From: a virus
Taxonomy: Duplodnaviria > Caudoviricetes
Virus record (IMG/VR): IMGVR_UViG_2513237213_000004
Coordinates: 9,381 to 73,380 of that record
Direction: 5' to 3' (one strand)
Length of the DNA stretch: 64,000 nt
Below are positions 1-10,721 of this stretch, one piece after another (the first letter of the stretch is position 1; every line of letters begins with the position of its first letter). A program made the translations under genes and the position numbers. A model generated the notes under the pieces. It saw only the letters and a program-made list of their open reading frames with translations, made no database searches and was not told where the DNA came from.

Positions 1-3000
1 CCTTTAAACATACAATCATCACCAGCGCTCCAATCCTCTACTTTGTCGCTATCAAAGGATATGGATTTCTGATAGATACTACCTTCAACCGTGGGTGTAT
101 CCGTAGATGGATTCGATGGATTATCTGTAGACGGGTTATCCGTCGAAGGTTTGTCCGTGGACGGGTTATCTGTTGATGGATTGTCTGTCGAAGGTGTATC
201 CGTGGAAGGATTATCAGTAGACGGGTTATCCGTCGAAGGCTCGTCCGTGGACGGGCTATCTGTTGAAGGTGTAGGCGCACTCGGAAGCGTTATCTTCGTA
301 CCGCTAAGATTACATTCAATCGTCGTGGGAAGAATATTTCCAGAATGACCAAAGTATCCATTTTTAAAAGTGCGGAATCTGTAGAAATCAACGTTATCAA
401 CCTTGATAATCCACTTTCCACTAGCATTGCATTTCGTTGGAACATCAGTGCCGCCTTCCCAGAAAGCAAATACATCACCACCGGCTTTCATGTTTGTAGT
501 AATGTTCTGCAAAACAATCTGTGATGGCATTTCCAGTTTTCCATCGAATACACATTTATAAGAATTATCACCAACGTAAACAATATCCCCTAAGTTATAC
601 GACGTGTTAGCCTTCCATTCTGTTCCTTGCTTAGACGAAGAAATCCATTCCCAGATTATATCACCATCAACGCAACGAGCATTACTATTTACAGGAATTC
701 GGCCACTCGTCGTACCGTCCTGGTCCACCAATTTGTATACTCGTTCTACTCCGTCATTACCTTGGGAAATAACATAACTATCCTTTTCCCACCAAGTTTT
801 AGGGAACCAGTCTTTGCCAATGAAACCAAGTTTTGCCGTTCCCCAATCGAAGCTGCCATGCCAAGCCGTGTCAATCGGAGGCTTATCAGAAAGAATACCT
901 TCTTTGAGGACTTTGTAAAGACGATGATCCGCATAGATAATATCGTTCTTAGCCACTTCCATGCTCGGAGAAAAAGTCTTTGTAACGAACTTTTCTTTGG
1001 TATCAACGTATTCCCAATAGCAGGCATCAAGGCATTGCGGATATGTGTCAACACCTTCAATAACTTTGCCGGACGTATGTACCGGGCGATAACCATTGGA
1101 ATGACCAGCAGAAATACATTCCCAACAAGTCAACGGCTTCCAGGAAGATTCACTGGTATAGCAGCAATCACCGACGGAATAATCTTTGTTTGCCTGCCAC
1201 TCGTTCCATTCGACATATTTTACCGTCGCACTACCAAGAGAAAACTCTTTACCACTAAGGTCACTGGGTTTATTATCCTCACTAATCGTCGGAATCTTAC
1301 CGCCCTTAGTTACGAAAAAGATATTCGTATTATAGAAGGAGGTCAAGCCACTAGCATCAACGGAGCGATCAAACGTTCTAATGAACTGTCCACGGGATAC
1401 ACTTCCATCACCGGTATAAGCCTCTGTCCAGTCAATGCCCCGACCAAGGAGTTTCCAGCGTAATGTTCCCTTATCATCATTGCCGGTATCTTTGCACTGA
1501 CCAACAACTGTCGTAGGAGCCTGCCCAGAGGTCTTGCAATATCTTTTCCCTGCAACCATAAAGTAAACCAGATATGTATCCGGTTCATAACTATGGAAAT
1601 TGCAATCTCTAATCGTGATTTCCGGGAACTTATGCGTATCCAGCGTGCTCACGGCTTCTTTGTTAAAGTCGATTTTGCAAACATCGAATTCTTTCCCGCC
1701 TGGTTTCTTCAACCAAGCATCACAATTCTCAATGACAACCCGGCCCTCAAAAATTCGCCCATACGTCGTATTAAACTCAAGGATATGTGCATTAGGATAA
1801 CTATCGTTAGGCAATTCGTTGACATAGAAATTGCTATTAGTAATCTGACAAATACCACGGCCCTCACCAATCTGAATTGCATGATTAAAGAGGTTACAGT
1901 GGTCGATATACAAATTTTGGAAATAATTATGAATATCAAGACGGTTTGCATTGACTCGCTCAATATGAATATCCTTGACGCAGTTCATTGCCGTAGCGCC
2001 CCAATATCCTTGCATTGAAACATCGTGAATGTGGAGGTCAAGACAATTCGTTGCACGAATCATGTAGCCGGAAGTACCATTGGAGCTACCCTGCATTTTA
2101 CCGGCAGCATTGAAACCAACGATATCAGAGATTTCTGTATTATAGCAACCCCAGACATAAATCATCGTATTCTTAAATACTGTGTTGTGCATTTGATTAC
2201 TGTCTGGATAGAAATTAAATCCACGGATATGAGCGTTATGAGTCTTGCACCAGAGCACGGAGCAATACTTATTCGCGCTGGTAGCCAATTTTACATTACA
2301 GCCCACGAATTCATAGTGCGTCGATGGAAGCATATTGTAAGAAATTGTGAATTTACTATTTACAGTCTGCGTAGATGCTGCATGGCCTTCATAGCTTGAC
2401 AGAGAGGATTTGATTTCCAGGCCACCAGCGTTATTCCAATCGTATGTAATTGGATTAGCCAGCACGCCATCTGTCGTATGCAAGAGTAATTCATATCGTG
2501 GCTCTGAATAAAGATAACCGGAGTCATCGCGGACCGCATACGGTTCCTCTTGTAGAAAAATCAGAGCATTTTGTTCCAAGTGGGACTCTTTGCCTTCTGT
2601 CCCAATAACAAAGTTATCCTTCGTATATGTTTTCTTAGAATCATCCGTGGGTTCATAGGACCAATAATCTGTTTCGTTGTCACCCCAAAGGTAAAAGCCA
2701 AACCAGGTTGCATTACAATCCTGTACATATAACTCGGAACCAGACAGGTCGATGTTTCCATGACACTGGATAGGTTCATTGTTATCTTTCCGTATAATGC
2801 CCTCGTGATTTTCCAGCTTTACATAGTAATGCTTACGCTTAGAAATAGGCTCTATACTATAGTTTGACGATTGATAACGGTGTGCCATCATAATAGCGTC
2901 GTAATCATCAGTTTTACCATCAAGTTTAGCACCGAACATTCTATAGTTAATAACTTTTTCATCAAGTAAAGCATAAAGTTTCTTATGAACTTCCTTGCCA

Positions 3001-4175
3001 TTATCGTCAAGTACAGGGATTTTTGCCCCTTCGGTATCCGTTTCAAAAATGTAATCCCCATTTTCGTCCAAAACCGGAGTGCCATTGATATCCTTTTTGA
3101 TTTCATATTCAACTTCATCAGTTTCGCAAAGGTAAATCGCCCAAGGTTTAGAACTAACGTCCGGAACATAGCTACAAATATAGTTAGCACCGCCGCCATC
3201 ACCAGGCTTATAATAACCTCTAAAACGTATTCTATCGTTTTCCTTCGCTTCAATCTGGTCATTTTCAAGGTCTGCTATTTTATCAAAGGTCAACCCATCA
3301 CCCTGGGAAATAACTGTGGTCGGCCCGGAAGGTTCCGTGGAAGGATTTTCATTCGGCGGATTAGTGGCCCATTGGTCTGACATTTTCTTTACATAATCAG
3401 CATATTCTTTTGCCGTGGATACCTGTGTAGAAAGATTCGTAAGCAAAGAAGAAACGTCCTCTTTGTATTTATGCGTAGCAGACTCGGAAGCCTTTGCATT
3501 ATCTTCGGAAATCTTCGCATTATACTCGGAAACTTTAGCATTGGCTTCGGAAGTCTTAGCATTATTCTCACTATCTTTGGCCTTGGTTTCCGATAACTTT
3601 GCATTATCCTCGGAGGTTTTAGCACCGGTTTCAGAGTTCTTTGCATTTCTCTCGCTTGTAGCACACCGGGTAACACTTTTCTCTACCTCGGAAGCCTGGT
3701 CATCAATCGTCGCAGCCTTGGTGTCGATGTCAGTCTGAATATCCTGGATTTTTGTCAAGATCTCTTTGATTGTACTGATATCAACCTTCAATGGCGCAAT
3801 GTTTTCTTCGTTATACGCCTTCAAATCATTGTATGCCTTCGTAGCTTCTTTGGCCTTATCCGTGGCAATACCGGCCTGTTCTTTGGCAATATCAGCCTGT
3901 TCCTTGGCATCAGCAGAAGAAAAAGAATCATCTGTGAGCAACTTATTATAAATCTCTTTTACTTCATCACGAATCGTAGAAAGTTCTTCGACGCTCGTCG
4001 CTTTATTTAGGTTTTCTTCAAGAACTCTAAGATTTTCCGCGATAACATCATAAATACCAGTGTTATCCGCAGTAGTGAAGGGGCTTTCCTTAGAAACAAC
4101 CCCTTCTTTCACAATATTATCGTCTTTATCTCTTTGTTCTAAATATTGGAATCCTGCATTTAAAATAGCAATCAA
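1..4175 (-). CDS. Tailspike/tail fibre with pectate-lyase-like beta-helix (3' end runs off the window; not in ORF track)
   Basis: Translated by hand and open in every stretch read (4175 to about 1860, and the last ~1 kb in the same frame). SD AAAGGAG at 4176-4182. Contains SExNAK heptads, GYYKPGDGGGANY, INYRMFGAKLDGKTDDYDAI (Pectate_lyase_3-type start), beta-helix-like RLDIHNYF, CBM-like WKANTSYNLGDIVYVG and a PSTDN linker. Follows the J-like gene. Confidence 0.8.
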   Translation of the reverse strand, partial: MIAILNAGFQYLEQRDKDDNIVKEGVVSKESPFTTADNTGIYDVIAENLRVLEENLNKATSVEELSTIRDEVKEIYNKLLTDDSFSSADAKEQADIAKEQAGIATDKAKEATKAYNDLKAYNEENIAPLKVDISTIKEILTKIQDIQTDIDTKAATIDDQASEVEKSVTRCATSERNAKNSETGAKTSEDNAKLSETKAKDSENNAKTSEANAKVSEYNAKISEDNAKASESATHKYKEDVSSLLTNLSTQVSTAKEYADYVKKMSDQWATNPPNENPSTEPSGPTTVISQGDGLTFDKIADLENDQIEAKENDRIRFRGYYKPGDGGGANYICSYVPDVSSKPWAIYLCETDEVEYEIKKDINGTPVLDENGDYIFETDTEGAKIPVLDDNGKEVHKKLYALLDEKVINYRMFGAKLDGKTDDYDAIMMAHRYQSSNYSIEPISKRKHYYVKLENHEGIIRKDNNEPIQCHGNIDLSGSELYVQDCNATWFGFYLWGDNETDYWSYEPTDDSKKTYTKDNFVIGTEGKESHLEQNALIFLQEEPYAVRDDSGYLYSEPRYELLLHTTDGVLANPITYDWNNAGGLEIKSSLSSYEGHAASTQTVNSKFTISYNMLPSTHYEFVGCNVKLATSANKYCSVLWCKTHNAHIRGFNFYPDSNQMHNTVFKNTMIYVWGCYNTEISDIVGFNAAGKMQGSSNGTSGYMIRATNCLDLHIHDVSMQGYWGATAMNCVKDIHIERVNANRLDIHNYFQNLYIDHCNLFNHAIQIGEGRGICQITNSNFYVNELPNDSYPNAHILEFNTTYGRIFEGRVVIENCDAWLKKPGGKEFDVCKIDFNKEAVSTLDTHKFPEITIRDCNFHSYEPDTYLVYFMVAGKRYCKTSGQAPTTVVGQCKDTGNDDKGTLRWKLLGRGIDWTEAYTGDGSVSRGQFIRTFDRSVDASGLTSFYNTNIFFVTKGGKIPTISEDNKPSDLSGKEFSLGSATVKYVEWNEWQANKDYSVGDCCYTSESSWKPLTCWECISAGHSNGYRPVHTSGKVIEGVDTYPQCLDACYWEYVDTKEKFVTKTFSPSMEVAKNDIIYADHRLYKVLKEGILSDKPPIDTAWHGSFDWGTAKLGFIGKDWFPKTWWEKDSYVISQGNDGVERVYKLVDQDGTTSGRIPVNSNARCVDGDIIWEWISSSKQGTEWKANTSYNLGDIVYVGDNSYKCVFDGKLEMPSQIVLQNITTNMKAGGDVFAFWEGGTDVPTKCNASGKWIIKVDNVDFYRFRTFKNGYFGHSGNILPTTIECNLSGTKITLPSAPTPSTDSPSTDEPSTDNPSTDNPSTDTPSTDNPSTDNPSTDKPSTDNPSTDNPSNPSTDTPTVEGSIYQKSISFDSDKVEDWSAGDDCMFK
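96..269 (-). repeat. 15-nt tandem repeat encoding PSTD(N/K/T/E/S)
   Basis: Ten contiguous 15-nt units at 120-269 plus one at 96-110, in frame with the tailspike ORF. Confidence 0.9.
3483..3660 (-). repeat. 21-nt repeats encoding SE(D/N/A/Y)NAK-type heptads (fibre coiled-coil stalk)
   Basis: Translation SERNAKNSETGAKTSEDNAKLSETKAKDSENNAKTSEANAKVSEYNAKISEDNAKASE. Confidence 0.8.
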
Positions 4176-4180
4176 CTCCT

Positions 4181-7100
4181 TTAATTAACAACAGTATAAA
4201 ATTTATTCGTATCGGCCAAAACGAAAAACGCTGCCGTACCAGAGCCATCAAGTTTTTCTGTGGACGCTACATCGAAATCAGCCGAATTAACATAGATGGC
4301 CCAATTGTGGTAAACATCGTAAGGCCATGTTTTACAAAACATTGGGGCGATATCTAGTGTTATTTCTACTGGTTGACCTGCTACGACAGGGAATTCAACA
4401 GAAACAATGTCTATAGATGAAATATAACCATAATCATTATAACTTCTACTATTATGAGCATATGGATCTGTACCTATTCTTAATTGAGAGCATCTTTGTC
4501 TATCAAAGAAAGCACCTTTATAAACTTGCCGACCACCGCATTTCACAGTCATCGTATCGCACCCTTCGTCAAACTTTATACCACAATCCGGTCTATAATA
4601 GCTATTACCGTTTCCAGCATCTTTCCCCATGCCACATGTGCAATACAATCTTACTTTATTACATGTAACAGGAGGATAAATTGTAAATGTAGTGGTATAG
4701 TTTTCTGCCCTACCCCATGAATACTTAGGGCCACCTCCACGTTTCATTGTCCATGCGACGGTATCTTTGATTGCGCTATGTGAATGAGCACCTTCAATTT
4801 CTGAATAAGCATGTACTCGGAAACCTTTTTTGCTTATTTCATCAGCATAGCATTTCAGAGAAATATTTGACGTTGAATACTCACTAGAACCTGTCAAGAC
4901 ATTCTGCGGAGTTACAATGACAGACGGAGTAACCGGCCATGGCTTAGTAAACTTGATATAATCGCCATTCTTTGCCACGCCCATAAGCATATGGGAAACA
5001 TTGGAAAACTCATTACCATTCTGGTCAGCAAAGGTCATGCCTCCTGCACCAAAGGTAACTGTTTCTCTCGAACCGGAAACATGAAGGCCGCTTACATCAA
5101 GGAGAACAGAGCCACCTTGTATACCTTGATTTCCCTGTAAGGCAATAGTGTTTGCACTCAATTTATCTGCGGTAATAGCCCCAGCCTTAATCATGCCACC
5201 AAAGATAACATCATCATCAAACTTCGTCGTACCGGTGATATGCAGATAATCACCGCTAATCGTAGTCCCCAATGGAGTCATATTAATCTGATTAATAATA
5301 TTTTTACCATTGAAATCCTTCGTTGCAACTCGCATATTTATATTGTCTTTCATCTGCGATATAGAACTATAACTGCAATTCTCCGGTGACTTCGATAACT
5401 CGGTTACAATGCTGCTGATTTTATCTCCTTGGATTTCCAATTGAGAAGTAGCATCTTTGAGTTTGTCTGCAACGTTAATATCAATTTCATTGGATAACTG
5501 TTTAATCTGTGATGCGGTCCTGGTTTTTAAATCTGTAACTGTACTTTTGATTTCTCCGTCAGATTTTTCCAATGCCGTGATTGACTCGTTGATTTTCAGA
5601 AGGTCTTTTGCAGTATCCTTGGCTTTTTTCAATGATTCTGCAATGCTCTTATCAACCTTATCCAACGAAATGCTTTCATCGTCAATCCACTCGCTTTTAA
5701 ATGTAGGACTAATCGTGAAACTATACTCATGGGATACATTGCCCTCGCCAATCCGGTCTACATAACAAGCCTTCAACGAATAAACATCCGGCTTGCCTTT
5801 GTATTCATAGATAGCATTGATTGAATCAATTGTATCCGCCGTATAAGCACCGGAAATATAAAATCTTACCTTATCTGCACCAGGCGGGAACGATGGAACT
5901 TTAATGGCTATTCCTCTTGGCGTATCCTCGAACTTAACATAGGATGGCGCATTAGGCTTCGGATAACTCCATTCACACGTTGCCGGATACGAATGTTTCC
6001 CTTGGAAATTCACCGCATATAAATACGCTTTACCGGTACGGTCACTGATGGAAACTTCAACGCTCCTGTCCGTTGTTCTCCCAAGAAGTCCATTGGGATT
6101 ACCTACTTTTTCATCAGTGCGTAATTCATAGTATTTTACATCGCTATCCAGAATATCGTCCCACATAAACAAGAAGCTATCCGAGAAATCATAATGAAGA
6201 TTCTGTGGGGAAGCCGGGACCGTTCTTCTAGGCTTTACGGTGCAATTACAATGGGGCGCGGTGGCCTCCGATGAAAGCAGGCCCTCGTCCGACTTAGCCT
6301 GGACCATAAATTCATATTCATCGCCAAGATGAACATTAGGAATAAGCATTGTCCCCTGTGATTCCCCTGCGGATTTCCACCCAGACAGATAACCAAGTTG
6401 GCTGATAGATACATCAGATGGAACATTCTCCAAGTCACATGCTACCGTACTATTAGTCTTGTAATATACCATTGCGGTATTTACGTCGTATCTCTCCGGC
6501 AATTTAAAGGACACCGCAATGTCATAGCCAACACTTGCGTCCGGGCGCGTTCTATACCGTGTAACCGCCGTTAAATCGGTAACATGGCCAGGTCTACGAC
6601 GCTCCGTGGAAATGGAGTCAGCATCGGCAGGGACATAGTTATACCAGCTTATGCCACCGCCTAAATCGTCATTGTAAAGGTCCGGGTTATACTGCCTGCC
6701 GGAGATTGTAAACTTATGGTCCTCGGTTTCCTTGATTTCCGCGATGCGAATAGGCAAATCCTTGAATACATCATGATAAGTTACCGTGACTACATCGCCC
6801 GGTTCCAGGTGCATAGCCTGGTAGCCGGTGGTGAAACTAAGCTGCAACGGGCAAGCCAGGTTATAATCTCGGTAGAACCGGGCCAACCGCAGCGCTTGAT
6901 TCTGTGAAGTCACACCGTTCAACTGTACTTCCTTAGTAACAATCTTTCCGCGTTCCTTCTGATCCGAAAAATCTTCACATAGGCAACACGTCGATTGCCA
7001 ATTATTCCGTGGATCAATGATTTTCACACTGTATTTATTCGGCGTTTCCGATAATCTCAAAGGAGCCACGGATAAATCGGAGCAATTACTATCGTTAAAC

Positions 7101-8662
7101 CGGTAAGATACTTCCTCTTTTTTCTCGATTTTCAGACTGAATTTACCATGAGCAATTGTAAGATAACCGCAGAAATTAGCAAGGATTTCTTGTAACCAGT
7201 TAATAGCAGAATTACTCTGGTCAATAACCATGTTTAATTCATAGCGTTTTGCCTTGACCACTACGTTATCTGAATTATGGAATTCAATGACTTCATCGCA
7301 ATAATCCGCAGCTTCACGCCAGGAATCATCGTCCAGGTCATCTTCGGTAATCCATTTGCCCATGCCATAGCGCTTACTAAGCATAAAATCACGCAAGCAT
7401 AAAGCAGGGTTCGTAGAATACTCCGTCTTGCCGGTTCGCATATCATATACTTTTTTACCGCGAATAATCGCAGATACTGTAGGATTACCATTGAGTTCTG
7501 CCGACGTATTGAAGTGCATATCCAACCAGGCCAACTGCGGATACCCGCCGACTTCTTCATAGTTATCCGGTGGTTCACAATCATGGAATACATACTTTGT
7601 TCCACCTTTTACCGTATCAGCCTTGACCGCCACAGGATTCATATAACAACCTTTGTCTGTTGCGGTAATTGTCTTATAGAACTTACCATCAGAATAACTT
7701 GTGATGCCATATTTCTTCTTTAGCATATTCCTGCCAAATTCTACGTTCTTGACATTGCCACCCATGATATTTCCGTTCCAAAGGTCAAGATACTCCGAAT
7801 ACTGACTATCTGATATCTTTTCATCGCAATCAGCAGAAGTACCAATGCTAACCTTTTTCTGATAACTCTTGGTTTCAATCTTTAAGTCACCAGGATATTT
7901 CGTTGTAGTTGCCGTAGGGAACGCTTCCCAACCTTCACCTTTACGATTGATATAAGAAATCAAAGAAGAAATATTCATCTGCCATTCATAGAATGAGCCA
8001 TTTCCACTCGCATCATCTTTATTACAAAGATAGATCTTATCTGTTTTATTATCCGCGGTTAAATAAAGATATTTACTTTTAAGTTCTACCGTCGCATCTT
8101 CGTATTTCCGATTTTGGATCGTGAATACTGCGCCTTCCTGTTGTCCCTCTGTTGGGATCAGCAGGTCATTGGCGCATACGCTTTCAATACCATCAATGCC
8201 GCCTTCGCACAAAACAACATGTTTATGCAATTGATTTGCTTCGCTATCCGTTTGATGATAGGTCTGATTTCCTGTTATCTTACGATAACCATAGATAACG
8301 GGAATAAGGCCATCAGAGGACATTGTTTCCTGTGCCCTATCAAACCGTTGTACGTCCGGAGAACCGCCTCCTACGTCCATATTGGGGCGGTTAATCGCGG
8401 TCCATACCGTAGATGCCAAAGCTGCGCCCATGACACCTGCTGCGATGCTTACACCATGAGCAGCCGTGATACCAAACATGGCCGGGTTACAGAAACCAAT
8501 AGCTGCAAAGCCAAGAGTAAGCAAAACCTTGCCTACGCCTTTACCACCGCTATGATGACCAAACAACTGTAAATCTATTTTAAAATCTTCCGGCACAAAT
8601 GGCTTCAAAAGATTTTCTTCAAATTTTTCATCAGAGATTATATTCTTTGAATTGAAATCCAC
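4181..8662 (-). CDS. Tail tip/host-specificity protein (lambda J-like, phage-tail_3 and FN3-like regions)
   Basis: 1493 aa with motifs IPVIYG..KITG, NPALCLRDFML.KRYG and HLEPGDVVTVT; last gene of the tail tip block; GTG start after GAGGTGA. Confidence 0.85.
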   Translation of the reverse strand: MDFNSKNIISDEKFEENLLKPFVPEDFKIDLQLFGHHSGGKGVGKVLLTLGFAAIGFCNPAMFGITAAHGVSIAAGVMGAALASTVWTAINRPNMDVGGGSPDVQRFDRAQETMSSDGLIPVIYGYRKITGNQTYHQTDSEANQLHKHVVLCEGGIDGIESVCANDLLIPTEGQQEGAVFTIQNRKYEDATVELKSKYLYLTADNKTDKIYLCNKDDASGNGSFYEWQMNISSLISYINRKGEGWEAFPTATTTKYPGDLKIETKSYQKKVSIGTSADCDEKISDSQYSEYLDLWNGNIMGGNVKNVEFGRNMLKKKYGITSYSDGKFYKTITATDKGCYMNPVAVKADTVKGGTKYVFHDCEPPDNYEEVGGYPQLAWLDMHFNTSAELNGNPTVSAIIRGKKVYDMRTGKTEYSTNPALCLRDFMLSKRYGMGKWITEDDLDDDSWREAADYCDEVIEFHNSDNVVVKAKRYELNMVIDQSNSAINWLQEILANFCGYLTIAHGKFSLKIEKKEEVSYRFNDSNCSDLSVAPLRLSETPNKYSVKIIDPRNNWQSTCCLCEDFSDQKERGKIVTKEVQLNGVTSQNQALRLARFYRDYNLACPLQLSFTTGYQAMHLEPGDVVTVTYHDVFKDLPIRIAEIKETEDHKFTISGRQYNPDLYNDDLGGGISWYNYVPADADSISTERRRPGHVTDLTAVTRYRTRPDASVGYDIAVSFKLPERYDVNTAMVYYKTNSTVACDLENVPSDVSISQLGYLSGWKSAGESQGTMLIPNVHLGDEYEFMVQAKSDEGLLSSEATAPHCNCTVKPRRTVPASPQNLHYDFSDSFLFMWDDILDSDVKYYELRTDEKVGNPNGLLGRTTDRSVEVSISDRTGKAYLYAVNFQGKHSYPATCEWSYPKPNAPSYVKFEDTPRGIAIKVPSFPPGADKVRFYISGAYTADTIDSINAIYEYKGKPDVYSLKACYVDRIGEGNVSHEYSFTISPTFKSEWIDDESISLDKVDKSIAESLKKAKDTAKDLLKINESITALEKSDGEIKSTVTDLKTRTASQIKQLSNEIDINVADKLKDATSQLEIQGDKISSIVTELSKSPENCSYSSISQMKDNINMRVATKDFNGKNIINQINMTPLGTTISGDYLHITGTTKFDDDVIFGGMIKAGAITADKLSANTIALQGNQGIQGGSVLLDVSGLHVSGSRETVTFGAGGMTFADQNGNEFSNVSHMLMGVAKNGDYIKFTKPWPVTPSVIVTPQNVLTGSSEYSTSNISLKCYADEISKKGFRVHAYSEIEGAHSHSAIKDTVAWTMKRGGGPKYSWGRAENYTTTFTIYPPVTCNKVRLYCTCGMGKDAGNGNSYYRPDCGIKFDEGCDTMTVKCGGRQVYKGAFFDRQRCSQLRIGTDPYAHNSRSYNDYGYISSIDIVSVEFPVVAGQPVEITLDIAPMFCKTWPYDVYHNWAIYVNSADFDVASTEKLDGSGTAAFFVLADTNKFYTVVN

Positions 8663-8674
8663 GCTCTCACCTCT

Positions 8675-9469
8675 TTATCTATAAACGCTCTCAAAGGGGA
8701 TAGCCGGGAATCCACTGTAATGTTTCATATTTCCATATGCTTTGCACCGTTCCACCGTCTTATTGCAGCCTCGGACAACCTCTGCTTGCTTGCCAACGAT
8801 ATCATGGGCGAAACCAACGTTCACAACGATATCTGCCCCGCTGGAACTAGAAATAACCCTGGACTCTCCTTCGACGGTAATTACTCCGTCTTTCCAGTAA
8901 TCTTCCTTGTAATCCATATCCAAGGTAATCGTGCTTCCCTGGACATTCGTAACCATTACGTTTTCTTTTCCCAGATCCATGCAGCACTCTGCATCGCCAA
9001 ACTCACTATTGCAGGCCAGACGATAATTCCGGTTCGGACAATTGATTTCCGGGAGCCGGGCATTGATTTTCGCGGACAACACACCATCTGAAAACGTCGG
9101 CTCGTCAATGAAGCCAGAGAATACCAACTGCAATGCGTTGGGATTAGACAGGCTTTCCGGATACTGAATTCGGACAATCGTCGCAGAACAACCACGGAAA
9201 TCAAAGCCGTTCATCACGAATTGCAGCATTTCATGGGAGCAATCAGCCACGGATATATTGACAGAATCATTGATTGTATCCAGGTTCCGGGCAATGTCCC
9301 CTCTCTGGAAGGGAACTGCGAGATAAGTTGCACCGGCGAACTCTATGTTTTCATCACAGGCAGCCAACCGGGTAATCCCGGTCCGCAGGTTCAAAATGTA
9401 TAACTCGATGAAAAATGGGTTCCCACTTTCTTTGGCCTTAGCCATACATACCGGTAAAACTACGCTCAT
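8675..9469 (-). CDS. Minor tail protein (lambda L-like/DUF2163-BR0599 type)
   Basis: Cys pattern C...C..EFGD..C and C-terminal GCNKT..RC..YGN..HYSGFPAIP. Confidence 0.8.
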   Translation of the reverse strand: MSVVLPVCMAKAKESGNPFFIELYILNLRTGITRLAACDENIEFAGATYLAVPFQRGDIARNLDTINDSVNISVADCSHEMLQFVMNGFDFRGCSATIVRIQYPESLSNPNALQLVFSGFIDEPTFSDGVLSAKINARLPEINCPNRNYRLACNSEFGDAECCMDLGKENVMVTNVQGSTITLDMDYKEDYWKDGVITVEGESRVISSSSGADIVVNVGFAHDIVGKQAEVVRGCNKTVERCKAYGNMKHYSGFPAIPFESVYR

Positions 9470-9882
9470 GCGTCATTTCTCCGGAACCCATACTTGAAGC
9501 ATTGAGTCCACATACCGCGATGGTAAATCGTAGACTTACTCTCGCCCTCTACCGCCGGGACCTCCATGGCCAATAGCTTGCCATATTCCAGGTAAATTCC
9601 CAGGTGTATGCAGCCGTTAATCTCAAACACTACAACGTCACCAAAGGAAAGATCCTTGTAATCAACCTCCGTAAAATTCCGCAGAAGGTATTCGTAGAGC
9701 CTACGCCAATACTTAGGCTGCGCGTATTCGTCCTCCGTTGGATAGGGCTTACCATCGTCAAAGGACTGGGACCAGCCATGTTCCTTATAAAACAACTGGA
9801 CCAGGCCAAAGCAATCACATTTATCAAAGTCAGCACCAGCATACTTATGAGTTATGCCAATGTATTTTCCAATATCTTCCAT
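9466..9882 (-). CDS. NlpC/P60 tail assembly protein (lambda K-like)
   Basis: DCFGLV catalytic Cys, FGDVVVF, HLGIY. Confidence 0.85.
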   Translation of the reverse strand: MEDIGKYIGITHKYAGADFDKCDCFGLVQLFYKEHGWSQSFDDGKPYPTEDEYAQPKYWRRLYEYLLRNFTEVDYKDLSFGDVVVFEINGCIHLGIYLEYGKLLAMEVPAVEGESKSTIYHRGMWTQCFKYGFRRNDA

Positions 9883-10574
9883 CAGTCAACTACCTCCAAT
9901 TCCATTTGACATTCATAGCCGATAATGTTTTTCAGTTCTCTTTTATCCTTGATCTCCAATTTATCCGGGAAGATAACTTTTAACGTTTCCCCGTTATACC
10001 GGAAGGTCAATGGAACCCTGCAATGGGAATTAAAAAGCCGGATCATTTTATCTCTCTCCGGTTTCAGACCAGACCACTTCCCTGTAATTGTTCGCGTAGG
10101 CTTCACCTGCTTTTCCATACGCTCGCTACGTTGGCCCATAGATACTACGTTGGTATGCCAATCAACTATCTGGTCAGTGTCACCGTATGGACCAGGTAAT
10201 ACATCTGTTTCCTGGGCCGTGGGATAATTAGTAAGCTGGTGGTCAACTTCCAGGGCCACACCACAGGAATACGCTTTGATTATCCCGTTCTCTCGTTTGC
10301 ACTTCGGATTTATAGCCTGGGCGAAATAGCAAACCTCTGTAATCCCATCGTAGGTAAAATAAAAAGGCTCCTGCAAGCCTTTATGGTCATTATAGAATTT
10401 TACCAGGGCTGCCAGGTCAAGTCCGCTTATCTCAAATGAATACGTTTTCTTGGCTCTCACCCTGCGTCTATAGTATTGCTTCGTGTAATCTTCAAAACTC
10501 ATAGCCTTGGAGTTCCATTCATAGGTGATACTCACATCACCATATGGCGTAAACCTAAATTCCTCCATGGACAT
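9882..10574 (-). CDS. Distal tail protein (lambda M-like, internally duplicated)
   Basis: Two similar halves (FYNDHKG..EPFYFTYDG / FNSHCRVPLTFRYNG); first gene of the tail tip block. Confidence 0.65.
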   Translation of the reverse strand: MSMEEFRFTPYGDVSITYEWNSKAMSFEDYTKQYYRRRVRAKKTYSFEISGLDLAALVKFYNDHKGLQEPFYFTYDGITEVCYFAQAINPKCKRENGIIKAYSCGVALEVDHQLTNYPTAQETDVLPGPYGDTDQIVDWHTNVVSMGQRSERMEKQVKPTRTITGKWSGLKPERDKMIRLFNSHCRVPLTFRYNGETLKVIFPDKLEIKDKRELKNIIGYECQMELEVVD

Positions 10575-10721
10575 ACCTCCGTTTCTTCAATGTTATACAA
10601 TGGATATTCTTTGCCCCCTACCCCATAGCTTCCTCACAATTTCCTAGAAAAGAAACCATGTATACTATGGAAACATGGCAAAGAAAAGAAATCAGAGCAT
10701 AGGGACTTGCACCCTACACCC

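Noticed and set aside
4181-5000. Possible diversity-generating retroelement target at the tail protein C-terminus
   Set aside because: No reverse transcriptase and no TR/VR repeat pair seen in the window.
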